Shown: positions 7,724 to 17,491, numbered from the stretch's first letter. The stretch: 64,000 nucleotides of DNA from Candidatus Dormibacteria bacterium (GCA_049521435.1 JBEKOU010000006.1:10943-74942); one strand, 5' to 3'. Numbers and translations are program-made. The notes: generated from the letters alone by a model not told the origin.

Positions 7724-10417
7724 ATGCGAGGACTCATGACCTTCGACGCCTTTCTCCAACAACTCCCCGACGTCGATCCCGACGAGACCGCGGAGTGGCT
7801 GGAATCACTCGACAACCTGGTCGCCACCGAGGGCGCGAGCCGCGCTCGGTACGTCATCGGCAAGCTGCTGGCCCGTGCCAAGCGCCTTCAGGTCGGCATC
7901 CCGGCGATGGTCCAGAGCGCCTTCATCAACACCATCCCCCCCGAGGAGGAGCCCTGGTTCCCCGGTGACGAGGAGATGGAGCGCCGCATCCGCCGGATCG
8001 TCCGCTGGAACGCGGCGGTCATGGTGGCCCGGGCCAACAAGAAGTTCGACGGCATCGGGGGTCACCTCTCCACCTACGCGTCGTCGGCGTCGCTCTACGA
8101 GGTCGGGTTCAACCACTTCTTCCGGGGCAAGGACGACGGCAGGCCGGGTGACCAGGTCTACTACCAGGGACACGCCGCCCCGGGCATCTACTCCCGCGCC
8201 TTCCTCGAGGGCCGGCTGACCAAGGACCAGCTGGACCACTTCCGCCGCGAGACCGCGGGGCGCGGCCTCAGCTCGTATCCGCACCCGCGGCTGCTCCCCG
8301 AGTTCTGGGAGTTCCCGACGGTCTCCATGGGCATCGGGCCCCTCAACGCGATCTACCAAGCACGATTCAATCGCTACCTCTACAACCGGCAGCTGGTCGA
8401 CACCTCGGAGTCGCGGGTGTGGGCGTTCCTCGGCGACGGCGAGTGCGACGAGCCGGAGGCGATCGGCGCCCTCTCCCTCGCCGCCCGTGAGGGGCTGGAC
8501 AACCTCACCTTCGTCGTCTCCTGCAACCTGCAGCGCCTGGACGGTCCGGTCCGGGGCAACAGCAAGGTGATCCAGGAGCTGGAGTCGATCTTCCGGGGCG
8601 CCGGCTGGAATGTCATCAAGGTCATCTGGGGCCGAGAGTGGGACCCGCTGCTCGCCCAGGACGTGGACGGCGTCCTGGTCAATCAGATGAACACCACCAA
8701 CGACGGTCAGTTCCAGAAGTACGCCGTCGAGACCGGCGCGTACATCCGGGAGCACTTCTTCGGGCCCGATCCTCGCCTGCGCAAGCTGGTGGCTCATCTC
8801 TCCGACGAGGACCTGCCCCGGCTCCGGCGCGGCGGCCACGACTACCGCAAGCTCTACTCCGCCTACAAGCTGGCGGTGGAGCAGAAGGAGATCCCCACGG
8901 TCATCCTGGCCCACACCATCAAGGGCTGGACCCTGGGACAGCAGTTCGAGGGACGCAACGCCACCCACCAGCTCAAGAAGTTCACCGAGACCGAGCTGCG
9001 GGCTTTCCGCGACCGCATCCAGCTGCCCATCACCGACAAGCAGCTCTCCGAGGGTCTGCCCCCCTACTACCACCCCGGGCCCAAGTCACCCGAGGTCGAG
9101 TACCTGATGAGCCGGCGACGCGCCCTGGGCGGGCCGGTGCCACGGCGCAACGTGATCTCCAAGAAGCTGGACGCTCCCGAGGAGAGCGCCTGGGAAGACT
9201 CGTTCAAGGGTTCGGGCGGCCGGGCGGCGTCGACCACGGCCGCCTTCACCGCCATCCTCCGCAACCTCCTCCGCGACAAGAGCATCGGCCGGCGGATCGT
9301 CCCCATCATCCCCGACGAGGCGCGCACCTTCGGCATGGACGGGCTCTTCCGCGAGGTGAACATCTACGCGGCCCACGGCCAGCAGTACGAGCCGGTCGAC
9401 GCCGAGATGGTGCTCAGCTACAGCGAGGCCAAGGACGGCCAGATCCTCGAGGAGGGCATCACCGAGTCGGGCTCGATGGGCTCCTTCACCGCCGCGGGCA
9501 CCGCCTACTCGACCTTCGGCGAAACCATGATCCCCTTCTACATCTACTACTCGATGTTCGGCTACCAGCGGGTCGGCGACCTGATCTGGGCGTTCTCCGA
9601 CTCGCGCGGGCGCGGCTTCATGCTGGGCGGGACGGCGGGGCGCACCACCCTTAACGGCGAGGGCCTGCAGCACCAGGACGGCCATTCGCCGCTCCTCTTC
9701 TCGGCCCTCCCCCACGTGCGCATCTACGACCCGGCCTACGCCTACGAGCTGGCGGTGATCCTCCGCGACGGCATCGAGCGGATCTGCCGTGACGACGGCG
9801 ACGCCATGTACTACCTCACCCTCTACAACGAGAACATCATCCAGCCGCCCAAGCCCGAGGGCGTGGACGAGGCCATCCTGCGCGGCCTCTACCTGCTGCG
9901 GCCGGCGCCGGTCGAGACGAAGCACCGGGCGACCATCCTCGCCAGCGGACCGGCGGTGGCGGCAGCGCTGACCGCCCAGGAGCGCCTCGCCGAGACCCAC
10001 GACGTCGCGGTGGATGTCTGGAGCGTCACGAGTTACCAGCAGCTTCGCAATGACGCGCTCGAGGTGGAGCGGTGGAACCGGCTGCACCCGGAGCGGGAGC
10101 CGCGCATCTCGCACATCGCGGAGCAGCTCGGCGAGCGCCCGGGACCGATCGTCGCGGTCACCGACTATGTCAAGGCCGTATCCGACCAGGTGGCCCGATT
10201 CGTTCATCAGGAGTTCATCCCGCTGGGGACCGACGGCTTCGGCCGGAGCGACACGCGGCAGGCGCTGCGGCGCCACTTCGAGACCGACGCGGAGCACGTC
10301 ACGGTCGCGGTGCTGGATGGATTGGCCCGCGCCGGGGAGATCCCCCGCCACGAGGTGGCCGCCGCCCTGGAGCAGTACGAGATCGACACCGAGCTGCCCG
10401 AGCCGCGAGTGCGATAG
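7724..10417 (+). CDS. aceE: Pyruvate dehydrogenase E1 component, homodimeric type
   Basis: 897 aa. DPDETAEWLESLD N-terminus and ThDP region FLGDGECDEPE match the AceE family. Confidence 0.95.
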   Translation: MRGLMTFDAFLQQLPDVDPDETAEWLESLDNLVATEGASRARYVIGKLLARAKRLQVGIPAMVQSAFINTIPPEEEPWFPGDEEMERRIRRIVRWNAAVMVARANKKFDGIGGHLSTYASSASLYEVGFNHFFRGKDDGRPGDQVYYQGHAAPGIYSRAFLEGRLTKDQLDHFRRETAGRGLSSYPHPRLLPEFWEFPTVSMGIGPLNAIYQARFNRYLYNRQLVDTSESRVWAFLGDGECDEPEAIGALSLAAREGLDNLTFVVSCNLQRLDGPVRGNSKVIQELESIFRGAGWNVIKVIWGREWDPLLAQDVDGVLVNQMNTTNDGQFQKYAVETGAYIREHFFGPDPRLRKLVAHLSDEDLPRLRRGGHDYRKLYSAYKLAVEQKEIPTVILAHTIKGWTLGQQFEGRNATHQLKKFTETELRAFRDRIQLPITDKQLSEGLPPYYHPGPKSPEVEYLMSRRRALGGPVPRRNVISKKLDAPEESAWEDSFKGSGGRAASTTAAFTAILRNLLRDKSIGRRIVPIIPDEARTFGMDGLFREVNIYAAHGQQYEPVDAEMVLSYSEAKDGQILEEGITESGSMGSFTAAGTAYSTFGETMIPFYIYYSMFGYQRVGDLIWAFSDSRGRGFMLGGTAGRTTLNGEGLQHQDGHSPLLFSALPHVRIYDPAYAYELAVILRDGIERICRDDGDAMYYLTLYNENIIQPPKPEGVDEAILRGLYLLRPAPVETKHRATILASGPAVAAALTAQERLAETHDVAVDVWSVTSYQQLRNDALEVERWNRLHPEREPRISHIAEQLGERPGPIVAVTDYVKAVSDQVARFVHQEFIPLGTDGFGRSDTRQALRRHFETDAEHVTVAVLDGLARAGEIPRHEVAAALEQYEIDTELPEPRVR

Positions 10418-10511
10418 GGGCTGACGCCGGACCAGCGGGAGCCCCCTCTGTCCTCAACCTGGTTAAGGACTTTATTGTCCCAAACCACCTGGGAGGCCCG
10501 GGGGTGCGCGA

Positions 10512-11009
10512 CTAGCCGGTCACCTGGATGACGCTCCCTCCCGACGTGATGGAGTCGGGAGCGGTCACCGTGGTGACCAGGTCGTAGTAGCCGGTGGGCA
10601 GATCCGCGGGAAGCTGGATGACGCTGGTCGGGGCGGTGATGGAGCGATCGGTGGTCGTCACCGTCACGGCGCGCAGCGTGTAGGCCGGCGGCGCACCGTT
10701 CCCCAAGGGCGCGGGCGGACCGCTCTTGAGGGCGGGTACGCTGGCGTAAGCTCCCTCGAGGGTCACGCTGAGCGTGAGGGTGGTGACTACATCCGAGGCG
10801 GTGCGAGTGCTCGGGCTGACGATCCAGTGCACGACCAGCGCGTCGCCCGGATGGTAGAGCCGGTTGATGTCGCCGCTCTGGCAGCACGTCACGGTGTACT
10901 GCGCGTAGGTGACGGCGGGGAGGCTGGACGTCCCGCAACCGGAGGCCAATGCCGCTGCGCCCAGGAGCCATACCGTCAGCGGGAGACGCCGGATCACGGC
11001 GGGCATCAT
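10512..11009 (-). CDS. Secreted lipoprotein, unknown function (beta-rich/Ig-like?)
   Basis: Trimmed to MMPAVIRRLPLTVWLLGAAALASGC (lipobox LASGC). Confidence 0.6.
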   Translation of the reverse strand: MMPAVIRRLPLTVWLLGAAALASGCGTSSLPAVTYAQYTVTCCQSGDINRLYHPGDALVVHWIVSPSTRTASDVVTTLTLSVTLEGAYASVPALKSGPPAPLGNGAPPAYTLRAVTVTTTDRSITAPTSVIQLPADLPTGYYDLVTTVTAPDSITSGGSVIQVTG

Positions 11010-11064
11010 GCCACCAGACGGAGAGCCGTCACACACTGCTCCTGCCGGCCGGCGAGCCGCCATC

Positions 11065-11550
11065 TCAGAGCGGCCGCGTCATCTCCAGCTCGAGCACGTT
11101 GGGATCGTCCTCGCGCACCGGCTGGGTGGCGCCGGTACGGAAGAAGCCCAGGCGGGCGTAGAGCGCTTCGGCGGCGTCGTTACCAACCGCGACCCAGAGA
11201 TCGATGGCCCGGTAGGGCCCGGACGCGGCCCAGTCGATGACCGCTCCCACCAGCAGGCCGCCGATCCCCCGGCGCCGCCAGTCGGGATGCACCCACATCC
11301 CGACCAGCTCGGCGTGGCCCGCCACGTCGCCGGGGATCCCGGCCGAGGTACCGACCAGGCCGACCGCGGCTCTGGCGGCGAAGGTGGACCTCCGGGTGAG
11401 CCGAGTCTGCCAATCCGCGGGTGTCATCGCCTCCTCGTCGGCGACCGTCGTGCCGAAGGCGTTCGGAGCGTCGGCGAGCGCCGCCAGGCGGATCTCGCGG
11501 CAGATGGCCCAGTCGGCGGGTTGGAGGCGGACCACGGTGATGCCGGTCAT
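11065..11550 (-). CDS. GNAT-family N-acetyltransferase
   Basis: Trimmed to MTGITVVRLQPADW. Acetyl-CoA motif VHPDWRRRGIGGLLV...YARLGF. Confidence 0.85.
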   Translation of the reverse strand: MTGITVVRLQPADWAICREIRLAALADAPNAFGTTVADEEAMTPADWQTRLTRRSTFAARAAVGLVGTSAGIPGDVAGHAELVGMWVHPDWRRRGIGGLLVGAVIDWAASGPYRAIDLWVAVGNDAAEALYARLGFFRTGATQPVREDDPNVLELEMTRPL

Positions 11551-11558
11551 GCAATCCG

Positions 11559-11564
11559 AGTGTA
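11559..11564 (-). promoter_or_regulatory. -10-like box TACACT, 8 nt upstream of ATG 11550
   Basis: Minus strand reads tacact cggattgc ATG. Confidence 0.35.
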
Positions 11565-11593
11565 CGGGTGGTGCGCCTGCCGGCCTGCTCGCG

Positions 11594-12001
11594 TCACATG
11601 CAGGCGTTGGGGATGTCGACGTACTGCGTCTGTCCGGCGTGGATCGTGACCGACACCCATGGCTCGATGTTCGCGGGTGGCGGGAAGTTGGCGCGCAGGA
11701 CGTAATCGCCGGGCAGGAGGGCGAAGTCGTAGCTCGCGTCGACCCCGACCTGCTCGGTGACGACCGCCGCTGTCGGGAAGACGATCGTCGACGTGCCCGG
11801 GCCGGTACTGCGCCAGCGGATCTGCCCCGCGAGGACCGATACGGTGCCGGCGGCGTAGTGGGGCTCACCCGCGTACGGAATGCCAGCGCAGGGGATGATC
11901 CCGCCGATGACGGCGCCGGTGTTTGCCGCCGAGCAGCCGGCCACCGCGATCAGGAGGAGTGGCGCGATCAGCGGAGGCAACCGCCGTGTGAGGGTGGTCA
12001 T
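11594..12001 (-). CDS. Small lipoprotein, CarboxypepD_reg-like beta-sandwich (inference)
   Basis: Trimmed to MTTLTRRLPPLIAPLLLIAVAGC (lipobox). GDYVLRANF...VTIHAGQT pattern. ATGA overlap with the upstream Kelch gene stop. Confidence 0.6.
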   Translation of the reverse strand: MTTLTRRLPPLIAPLLLIAVAGCSAANTGAVIGGIIPCAGIPYAGEPHYAAGTVSVLAGQIRWRSTGPGTSTIVFPTAAVVTEQVGVDASYDFALLPGDYVLRANFPPPANIEPWVSVTIHAGQTQYVDIPNACM

Positions 12002-13305
12002 CAGGCGCCCGCGGTGAAGACGAGGCCCGCTCCCCCGCCGCTCGCGGAGTCGGGGCAGTAGATGACGATCTCCGTCCCGGTCCACACCGGTGACCACGGC
12101 CACCCGTCGTTGCAGCCCGATGGCGCTGCGGCCAGCGGCTGCCAGGCGTTGTTCACGGGGTCGTACACGCTGGCATCGCCGGGAACGAGATCCTCGGACG
12201 GGGTGGAAGGGCTGCCGGTCTCCCCCGCGGGATTGAAGGAGAAGAGGGCCGCCCCGGTCCACGCAGAGGTCGCACCGGTCAACGCCACCGGATCCGCGGG
12301 AAGGGCCGTCCAGCGGTTCTGGGCGGGGTCGTACAGATCGGACGCCTCCGGGAGGGCCGGGCCCGGGCACCCACCGCAGAAGTAGGTGATGCCGCGAACG
12401 ATGGCCTGCTGTCCCGTCGACAGCACCTCCTCCACATCGGGCAGGGCACCTGCCGCGTCGGGGATCAGACTCCATCTGCCCGTCACCTCCGCGTAGGCGA
12501 AGAGGTCCGCCCCTCCGGTTATCGTGAAGCCGCCGGCATCCCCCGACCCGTACATGGACCACTCCGACCAGGCGAGCAGCTCACCGTCCACCTGGGCGGC
12601 CAGGCCCAGGGTCAACGGGTGTCCCGAGGGCGGAACGGGAGCTGGTATGTGCTGCCAGCGGTTGGTAGAGGGGTCGTAGGCGGCCCCGTCACCGTAGTTC
12701 CGGCTCGAGCCGTCCGCCTGGGTGGACTCACCGCCGAGGATGACGACCTCCGCCCCCGTCCAGATCGCGTTGGCGTCCGCGCGCGGGGAGAGCGGTGCTG
12801 CGGGCAGGAGCGACCACCGATTGGTGGCCGGATCGTAGGCGGCGCCGTCGGCGGTCGCGTCCGACGGGTTGACCCCTCCGCGCTGGTCGCCACCCCAGAT
12901 GACCATCTCCGCGCCGGTCCAGACCGCCGCCTGTCCAACACGGGGCGAGAGGGGTGAAGCCGGCAGCGTCCGCCAGGTTCCGGTCCCCGGGTCAAACGCA
13001 GCCCCGTCCGCGCGCGGCTCCGCGTTCACATCCGCGACACCGCCCCAGACCAGCAGCTCGGTGCCGCCCCATACCACGGAGGCACCATCGCGGGCTGGGA
13101 TCGGCGCCGCCGGCAACGTCGACCACTGGCCGGCCATGAGCTGCGCGCTGGTCGCGGCGGGCAAGGGCGGCGTGGCGGCCGGCTCGGTGGCAAGCACCGG
13201 ACCGGTTGGCTCGGTGGGGGAGCTCGACCCGGAAGATGCGGCGCAGCCGCAACTGCCGGTGGCCGCCAGGGCTGCCACCGCCACGGCGATGCGGCGCCCA
13301 AACAT
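12001..13305 (-). CDS. Kelch-repeat beta-propeller lipoprotein
   Basis: Signal/lipobox AALAATGSCGC. Repeats of the type W..LP..P..R.....VWTG.E..IWGG occur at least 5 times. Confidence 0.8.
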   Translation of the reverse strand: MFGRRIAVAVAALAATGSCGCAASSGSSSPTEPTGPVLATEPAATPPLPAATSAQLMAGQWSTLPAAPIPARDGASVVWGGTELLVWGGVADVNAEPRADGAAFDPGTGTWRTLPASPLSPRVGQAAVWTGAEMVIWGGDQRGGVNPSDATADGAAYDPATNRWSLLPAAPLSPRADANAIWTGAEVVILGGESTQADGSSRNYGDGAAYDPSTNRWQHIPAPVPPSGHPLTLGLAAQVDGELLAWSEWSMYGSGDAGGFTITGGADLFAYAEVTGRWSLIPDAAGALPDVEEVLSTGQQAIVRGITYFCGGCPGPALPEASDLYDPAQNRWTALPADPVALTGATSAWTGAALFSFNPAGETGSPSTPSEDLVPGDASVYDPVNNAWQPLAAAPSGCNDGWPWSPVWTGTEIVIYCPDSASGGGAGLVFTAGA

Positions 13306-13312
13306 CCCCCGC

Positions 13313-13318
13313 ACGCTA
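13313..13318 (-). promoter_or_regulatory. -10-like box TAGCGT, 7 nt upstream of ATG 13305
   Basis: Minus strand reads tagcgt gcggggg ATG. Confidence 0.4.
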
Positions 13319-13424
13319 GCTCAACGCCGCAGCCCGGGGGGAGGTTCCCGACGCTCTGCGGGTCTGGCCGCATCGATCCCGACCGCGATAATGCAGAACC
13401 AGCCGCCGCCAGGAGGAGCCACCC

Positions 13425-13949
13425 ATGGACGTCACCATCCCACTGACGATTGCACAGATCGGCCGGCTGCTCCGGTCGAGCACGACGGCCATCCAGGACG
13501 AGGTCGGGGCCGCTTCCCCCGAGCTGCTGGTTTGGCATCCGGCGCCCGGCGAATGGTGCGCCAAGGAGGTGCTGGGTCACCTGATAGAGGCCGACCGGCG
13601 CGGCTTCGCCGGACGGGTCCAGGTGCTCATCGACCAGGATCACCCGGAGCTGGCGGGCTGGGACCAGGGCGCGGTGGCGGCCGCGCGCCACGACTGCGAT
13701 CGCGACGCCGCGGAGCTTCTCCTCGAGTTCACCGCCGGGCGCGAGGCGGGGCTCCAGCTCCTGGCCCGCCTCACCGTCAGCGAGCTGCGCCGCAGTGGGC
13801 GTCACCCCAAGGTGGGCGAGCTGAGCGTCGAAGACGTCGTCAGCGAGTGGGTCCATCACGACCGCAACCACCTCAAGCAGCTCCTCGGCAACGTGCAGGC
13901 GTACGTCTGGCCGCAGATGGGCGCCGCCCAGGGTTTCAGCGGCGAATAG
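13425..13949 (+). CDS. DinB-family (DinB_2) protein
   Basis: EWCAKEVLGHLIEADR...WVHHDRNHLKQL His triad pattern. AGGAGG Shine-Dalgarno 9 nt upstream. GATAAT box at 13387-13392. Confidence 0.8.
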   Translation: MDVTIPLTIAQIGRLLRSSTTAIQDEVGAASPELLVWHPAPGEWCAKEVLGHLIEADRRGFAGRVQVLIDQDHPELAGWDQGAVAAARHDCDRDAAELLLEFTAGREAGLQLLARLTVSELRRSGRHPKVGELSVEDVVSEWVHHDRNHLKQLLGNVQAYVWPQMGAAQGFSGE

Positions 13950-13963
13950 CCCCTACCCCGGGA

Positions 13964-14779
13964 TCAGGGCGAGCGCCGCCGGGCCAGGGCCAGGAAGGTG
14001 CGGTGCGGAACGACGACCTCGCCCCCACGCAGTGCGACGAGCTCGCGCAACGCTTCGAAGAGCCGAGCGCGCGTCGCCTCGGGGAGGAGGCGGTGGTCCG
14101 ACTGGCTCGCCAGGACCTCGACCAGCCCGTCCCCGGTGTGGCTGGCCAGCCAGGGGTAGGTCCGCGCGGTCACGTCGGCGAAGCGGCCAGCAGCGGTGAT
14201 TTCGGCGGCCAGCTCATCGCCGTCGTCGTCCTCCCGGCGCGGGCGCAGGCCGGGGAAGCCCGGGTTGCGCGCGTGAAGCTCCGGCGCCAGCCGGCGGTAG
14301 AGGTCGTCGAGCTCGTCCCGAAGGGGCTCGCCGTGCCAGTTGGTCTCGTGCCAGAAGAGCGCCAGGGTCCCGCCCGCACGGAGCGCCTCCGCCGCCTTCA
14401 CGTAGCGCACCGATGGATCCACCCAGTGCCATGCCTGAGCCGAGAAGAGCAGGTCGAATCCGCGCGCATCGACCGGCCAATCCTCGAACGTGGCCCCCAC
14501 GATCCTGACCCCGGGAAACCGGCCGCAGTGGCGCATCGCCACCGCCGCCATCCCCGGGCTTGGCTCGAGGGCGAGGATCTCCAGGCCGCGCGCGGCGAAC
14601 GCCACCGTGGCCTTCCCGGTGCCCGCACCGACCTCCAGGGCTCGGAGCCTCCCCACCTCGACGCCGGTGAAGCGGAGGACCTCCTCGACGAGCTCCTCCG
14701 GGTAGCCGGCGCGAGCCCGGTCGTACAGCTCGGCCGCCTCACCGAAGACGAAGCGCTGCTCCCTCACCTCGCTCTCCAT
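13964..14779 (-). CDS. Class I SAM-dependent methyltransferase
   Basis: Motif I LEVGAGTGKAT; LEPSPGM. Confidence 0.85.
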   Translation of the reverse strand: MESEVREQRFVFGEAAELYDRARAGYPEELVEEVLRFTGVEVGRLRALEVGAGTGKATVAFAARGLEILALEPSPGMAAVAMRHCGRFPGVRIVGATFEDWPVDARGFDLLFSAQAWHWVDPSVRYVKAAEALRAGGTLALFWHETNWHGEPLRDELDDLYRRLAPELHARNPGFPGLRPRREDDDGDELAAEITAAGRFADVTARTYPWLASHTGDGLVEVLASQSDHRLLPEATRARLFEALRELVALRGGEVVVPHRTFLALARRRSP

Positions 14780-14796
14780 GGCCGGTCCAGCCTACG

Positions 14797-15585
14797 TCAG
14801 GCGGCCGTCACCGCCGGGTCACCTCCGATCAGGGCCTGCAAGCTGGCCGGGCGAGGCACGGCGATCCAGCCCTCGCGCGCAGCGGAGTCGCGCAGATCGA
14901 AGGGGATCGGATGGCAGAGGCCCAGCTGGTGCGCGCGCGCGACCAGCGCACAGATGAGGGCGTCGAATGCGTGGTCGCTCCGGGAAGCCGTGTCCCACGT
15001 GGAGTGGTCGGCGGACAGCCACTGGCAGCGGTCGCGCAGCTGCTGGGCGATGACGAGGAGCACGGCCCGGTTCGCGGATCCCTTGTAGCCGCGGTGGGGC
15101 AGCCCCCACACCCGCAGCGCGGCGGCCGGATACACCTCCACGAGCTTGCCGGCTCCGGTCCGATCGATCCCTTCGGGCAGGACCTCGCCGACCAGCCGCG
15201 CGACCCGCATCGCCGGATATGCGATGCGATCGGTGCTGACGCTGAGGGGCGTCTGGTGGATGTTCTCTCTCACCCACTCGTCGGTCTGGCGTCGCGCCAG
15301 CCGCCCGATGCCCGCCTCTCCGAATGGGCCGCCCGCGTGATACCGGGCCACCGCCTCGACGAAACCATCGGGCCAGCCGAGCGGCACGTCCAAACCGATC
15401 TTGGCCACCGGTTCCGCGAGGATCGCGGCCAGGCGCCGGTCGTCCAGCTCGTGCTCGACGCTCTCGATGACGGCGCCGACCCCGTTCCAGCGGACCCGGC
15501 ACGAGGCCGTTCCGGCCGGCTGCGAAGCGACGTCGACGCCGACGGACACGACCGGACCGGTCGGCCGTGCCGCAACCTGTGCCAT
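14797..15585 (-). CDS. DUF429-like protein (RNase H-like fold family, function unknown)
   Basis: Trimmed to MAQVAARPTGPVVSVGVDVAS...IGLDVPLGWP...DAFDALICALVA, the pattern I associate with DUF429. The long N-terminal extension in the track is Arg/Pro-rich junk. Confidence 0.65.
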   Translation of the reverse strand: MAQVAARPTGPVVSVGVDVASQPAGTASCRVRWNGVGAVIESVEHELDDRRLAAILAEPVAKIGLDVPLGWPDGFVEAVARYHAGGPFGEAGIGRLARRQTDEWVRENIHQTPLSVSTDRIAYPAMRVARLVGEVLPEGIDRTGAGKLVEVYPAAALRVWGLPHRGYKGSANRAVLLVIAQQLRDRCQWLSADHSTWDTASRSDHAFDALICALVARAHQLGLCHPIPFDLRDSAAREGWIAVPRPASLQALIGGDPAVTAA

Positions 15586-15587
15586 GC

Positions 15588-16739
15588 CTAGGCCAGGGCC
15601 GCCCGCATCCTCTCCACGATCTCGACGAGGATCGCGGGAGCGGTGGCGATCGTGGCCCGGACCCATCCCGTGCCGATGGAGCCGAAGTCGGGGCCGCGCC
15701 GCAGGGCGACACGGCCCTTCGTGAGGAAGACCTTGGCAGGCTCTCCGGACAGCTCCAGCCGGGTGCAGTCGAGCCACGCCAGGTAGGTGCCCTGGGGCGG
15801 GACGTAGCCGACCTCCGGGAGTCGATCCGCCAGGAGGTCGCCGAGCAACCGGCGGTTGCGGTCGACGAGGACCAGGAGCTGATCGAGCCAGGGACCACCA
15901 TCGCGATAGGCGGCGATCGAGGCAATGACGCCGAGGTTGCCAGCACCGTAGACGAGCTCCTCGGGCAGGCGGTGCACCAGCGCGCGGAGCGCCGGGGCGG
16001 CGGTGACCAGCTGCGCACATTTGAGACCGGGAAGATTCCACCCCTTGCTGGCGGAGACCAGGGCGATGCCGCGTGCCCGCGCCTCGGGGATGGAGAGGAA
16101 GGGGACGTGACGGGCGCCCTCCAGGGTGAGCGGCGCATGGATCTCGTCAGCGAGGACCAGGACCCGGAAGCGCTCGGCGAGCTCGGCAATCTTCCGGAGC
16201 TCCTCCTCCGTCATCACCAGTCCCGTCGGGTTGTGGGGGTTGCAGAGGAGGTAGACGGCGGCGCCCGTCGTGAAAGCCGCCTCGACCGCATCGAGGTCGA
16301 GCACCCATCCGGCGCCGGCGCGCGCGAGCGGTGCCTCGACCACCCGGCACCTCGTCTCGCCGATGTGGTGAAAGAAGGGCGGGTAGGCGGGAGTGTTGAT
16401 GACCACGCCACTCCTCGGGGGCACGGACCGGCGCAGGAGCTCGCTGACCCCCGCCATCACGTCGGGGATCAGCCGGACGTCGGCAGGGTCCGGCTGCCAG
16501 CCGAAGCGCGCGAGGTGGAAGCTCGAGACGGCCTCGGACAGGTCGGGGTCTGGAAGTGCGTAGCCGGTGTCACCGGCGGCGATGGCGTCCTGGAGCGCGC
16601 GGGTCACCGGGGCGGCCAGGGTGACGTCCATCTCGGCGACGAACGTGGGGATGACCTCGGCGGGATAGGCGCGCCACTTGTAGCTCCGCCGTCGTTGCAA
16701 CTCGGAGAGGGGGAGCCACCGCGGCTGATCGTCGCTCAC
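15588..16739 (-). CDS. PLP-dependent aminotransferase class I/II, MalY/PatB-type C-S lyase
   Basis: RRSYKWRAY, FVAEMD, SASKGWNLPGLK (PLP lysine). GTGA overlap with the thpR stop. Confidence 0.9.
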   Translation of the reverse strand: MSDDQPRWLPLSELQRRRSYKWRAYPAEVIPTFVAEMDVTLAAPVTRALQDAIAAGDTGYALPDPDLSEAVSSFHLARFGWQPDPADVRLIPDVMAGVSELLRRSVPPRSGVVINTPAYPPFFHHIGETRCRVVEAPLARAGAGWVLDLDAVEAAFTTGAAVYLLCNPHNPTGLVMTEEELRKIAELAERFRVLVLADEIHAPLTLEGARHVPFLSIPEARARGIALVSASKGWNLPGLKCAQLVTAAPALRALVHRLPEELVYGAGNLGVIASIAAYRDGGPWLDQLLVLVDRNRRLLGDLLADRLPEVGYVPPQGTYLAWLDCTRLELSGEPAKVFLTKGRVALRRGPDFGSIGTGWVRATIATAPAILVEIVERMRAALA

Positions 16740-17350
16740 GGCGTCACCGCCGCCTCGGCGCCGCGACGGGCGGCCCCGATCCCGAACGGGAGCCGCGCTC
16801 GAACGTGATACCCGTTGCGGGACTCGTAGAGGACGATCTGGTCGGCGGTGAATGCCGGGAAGGCGACGGGCACCGTCACCTCGCTGCGCCAGCCTGCCAG
16901 GTCGAAGCGCGGTGTCGGCCGGCCGAGGGTCACGTGCGCACGGAAGGGACGGGAGTCAACCTCGTACCCGCACCGGGCCACCGCAGCGCGCACACGCGCC
17001 GCAAGCCCGGCGAGGGCGGTGGACTCCTCGACCAACCCGACCCAGAGCACCCGCGCCCGCGTCCCTCCGGGGAAGCTGCCGAGGCCGCCAAGCCGGAGTG
17101 GGAACGGCTGCTCCCGCGCGGCAGCGTCGCCGACCGCCTCGACGAGCCCGTCCATCCGATCGAGAGCCAGCTCAGCGAAGAAATGCAGCGTGATGTGGGT
17201 GGTGGCGGTGTCGACCCAGCGCACGCCGGCCACCCGCGGGCGGAGCTTCTCGACGTGCGCGGCGAGCAGCCCGCTCGCGGGCCGTCCGACGGGGACGGCG
17301 AGAAACGCTCTCAGGGGAGGCGAGCCGGGGAGCGGGAGACACGCATTCAT
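16736..17350 (-). CDS. thpR: RNA 2',3'-cyclic phosphodiesterase (2H phosphoesterase, ThpR/LigT)
   Basis: Two H-x-T-x motifs, HITLHF and HVTLGR. ~200 aa. Confidence 0.85.
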   Translation of the reverse strand: MNACLPLPGSPPLRAFLAVPVGRPASGLLAAHVEKLRPRVAGVRWVDTATTHITLHFFAELALDRMDGLVEAVGDAAAREQPFPLRLGGLGSFPGGTRARVLWVGLVEESTALAGLAARVRAAVARCGYEVDSRPFRAHVTLGRPTPRFDLAGWRSEVTVPVAFPAFTADQIVLYESRNGYHVRARLPFGIGAARRGAEAAVTP

Positions 17351-17491
17351 TTCAGTGTACCGGCGGCTGCGGCGGCTCGGAGAGCGCCCACCCCCCGCCG
17401 GAGCGCACCCTGTACACGTCCGGCCCCAAACGGTGGCCAGAGGGGAGGCGGCTCCCCATCACCGAGCCGGATCCGCGAGGGGATCATCTCC

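Noticed and set aside
12869-15088. 739-aa plus-strand ORF; similar long ORFs at 19047..21269, 34389..36200, 26060..27631, 45646..47451 and 50389..51924
   Set aside because: All run antisense to or out of frame with genes that have clear family motifs. Their compositions are dominated by R, G, P, A, D and H, and they have no start-site context.
14797-16041. Long N-terminal extensions of track ORFs (also 11065..11868, 11594..12562, 16805..18157, 31552..32655, 39503..42040, 43816..45441, 55167..56324)
   Set aside because: The extensions overlap upstream genes or are Arg/Pro-rich junk. Internal starts with lipoboxes, Shine-Dalgarno sites, -10 boxes or 4-nt overlaps give products of family-typical length.
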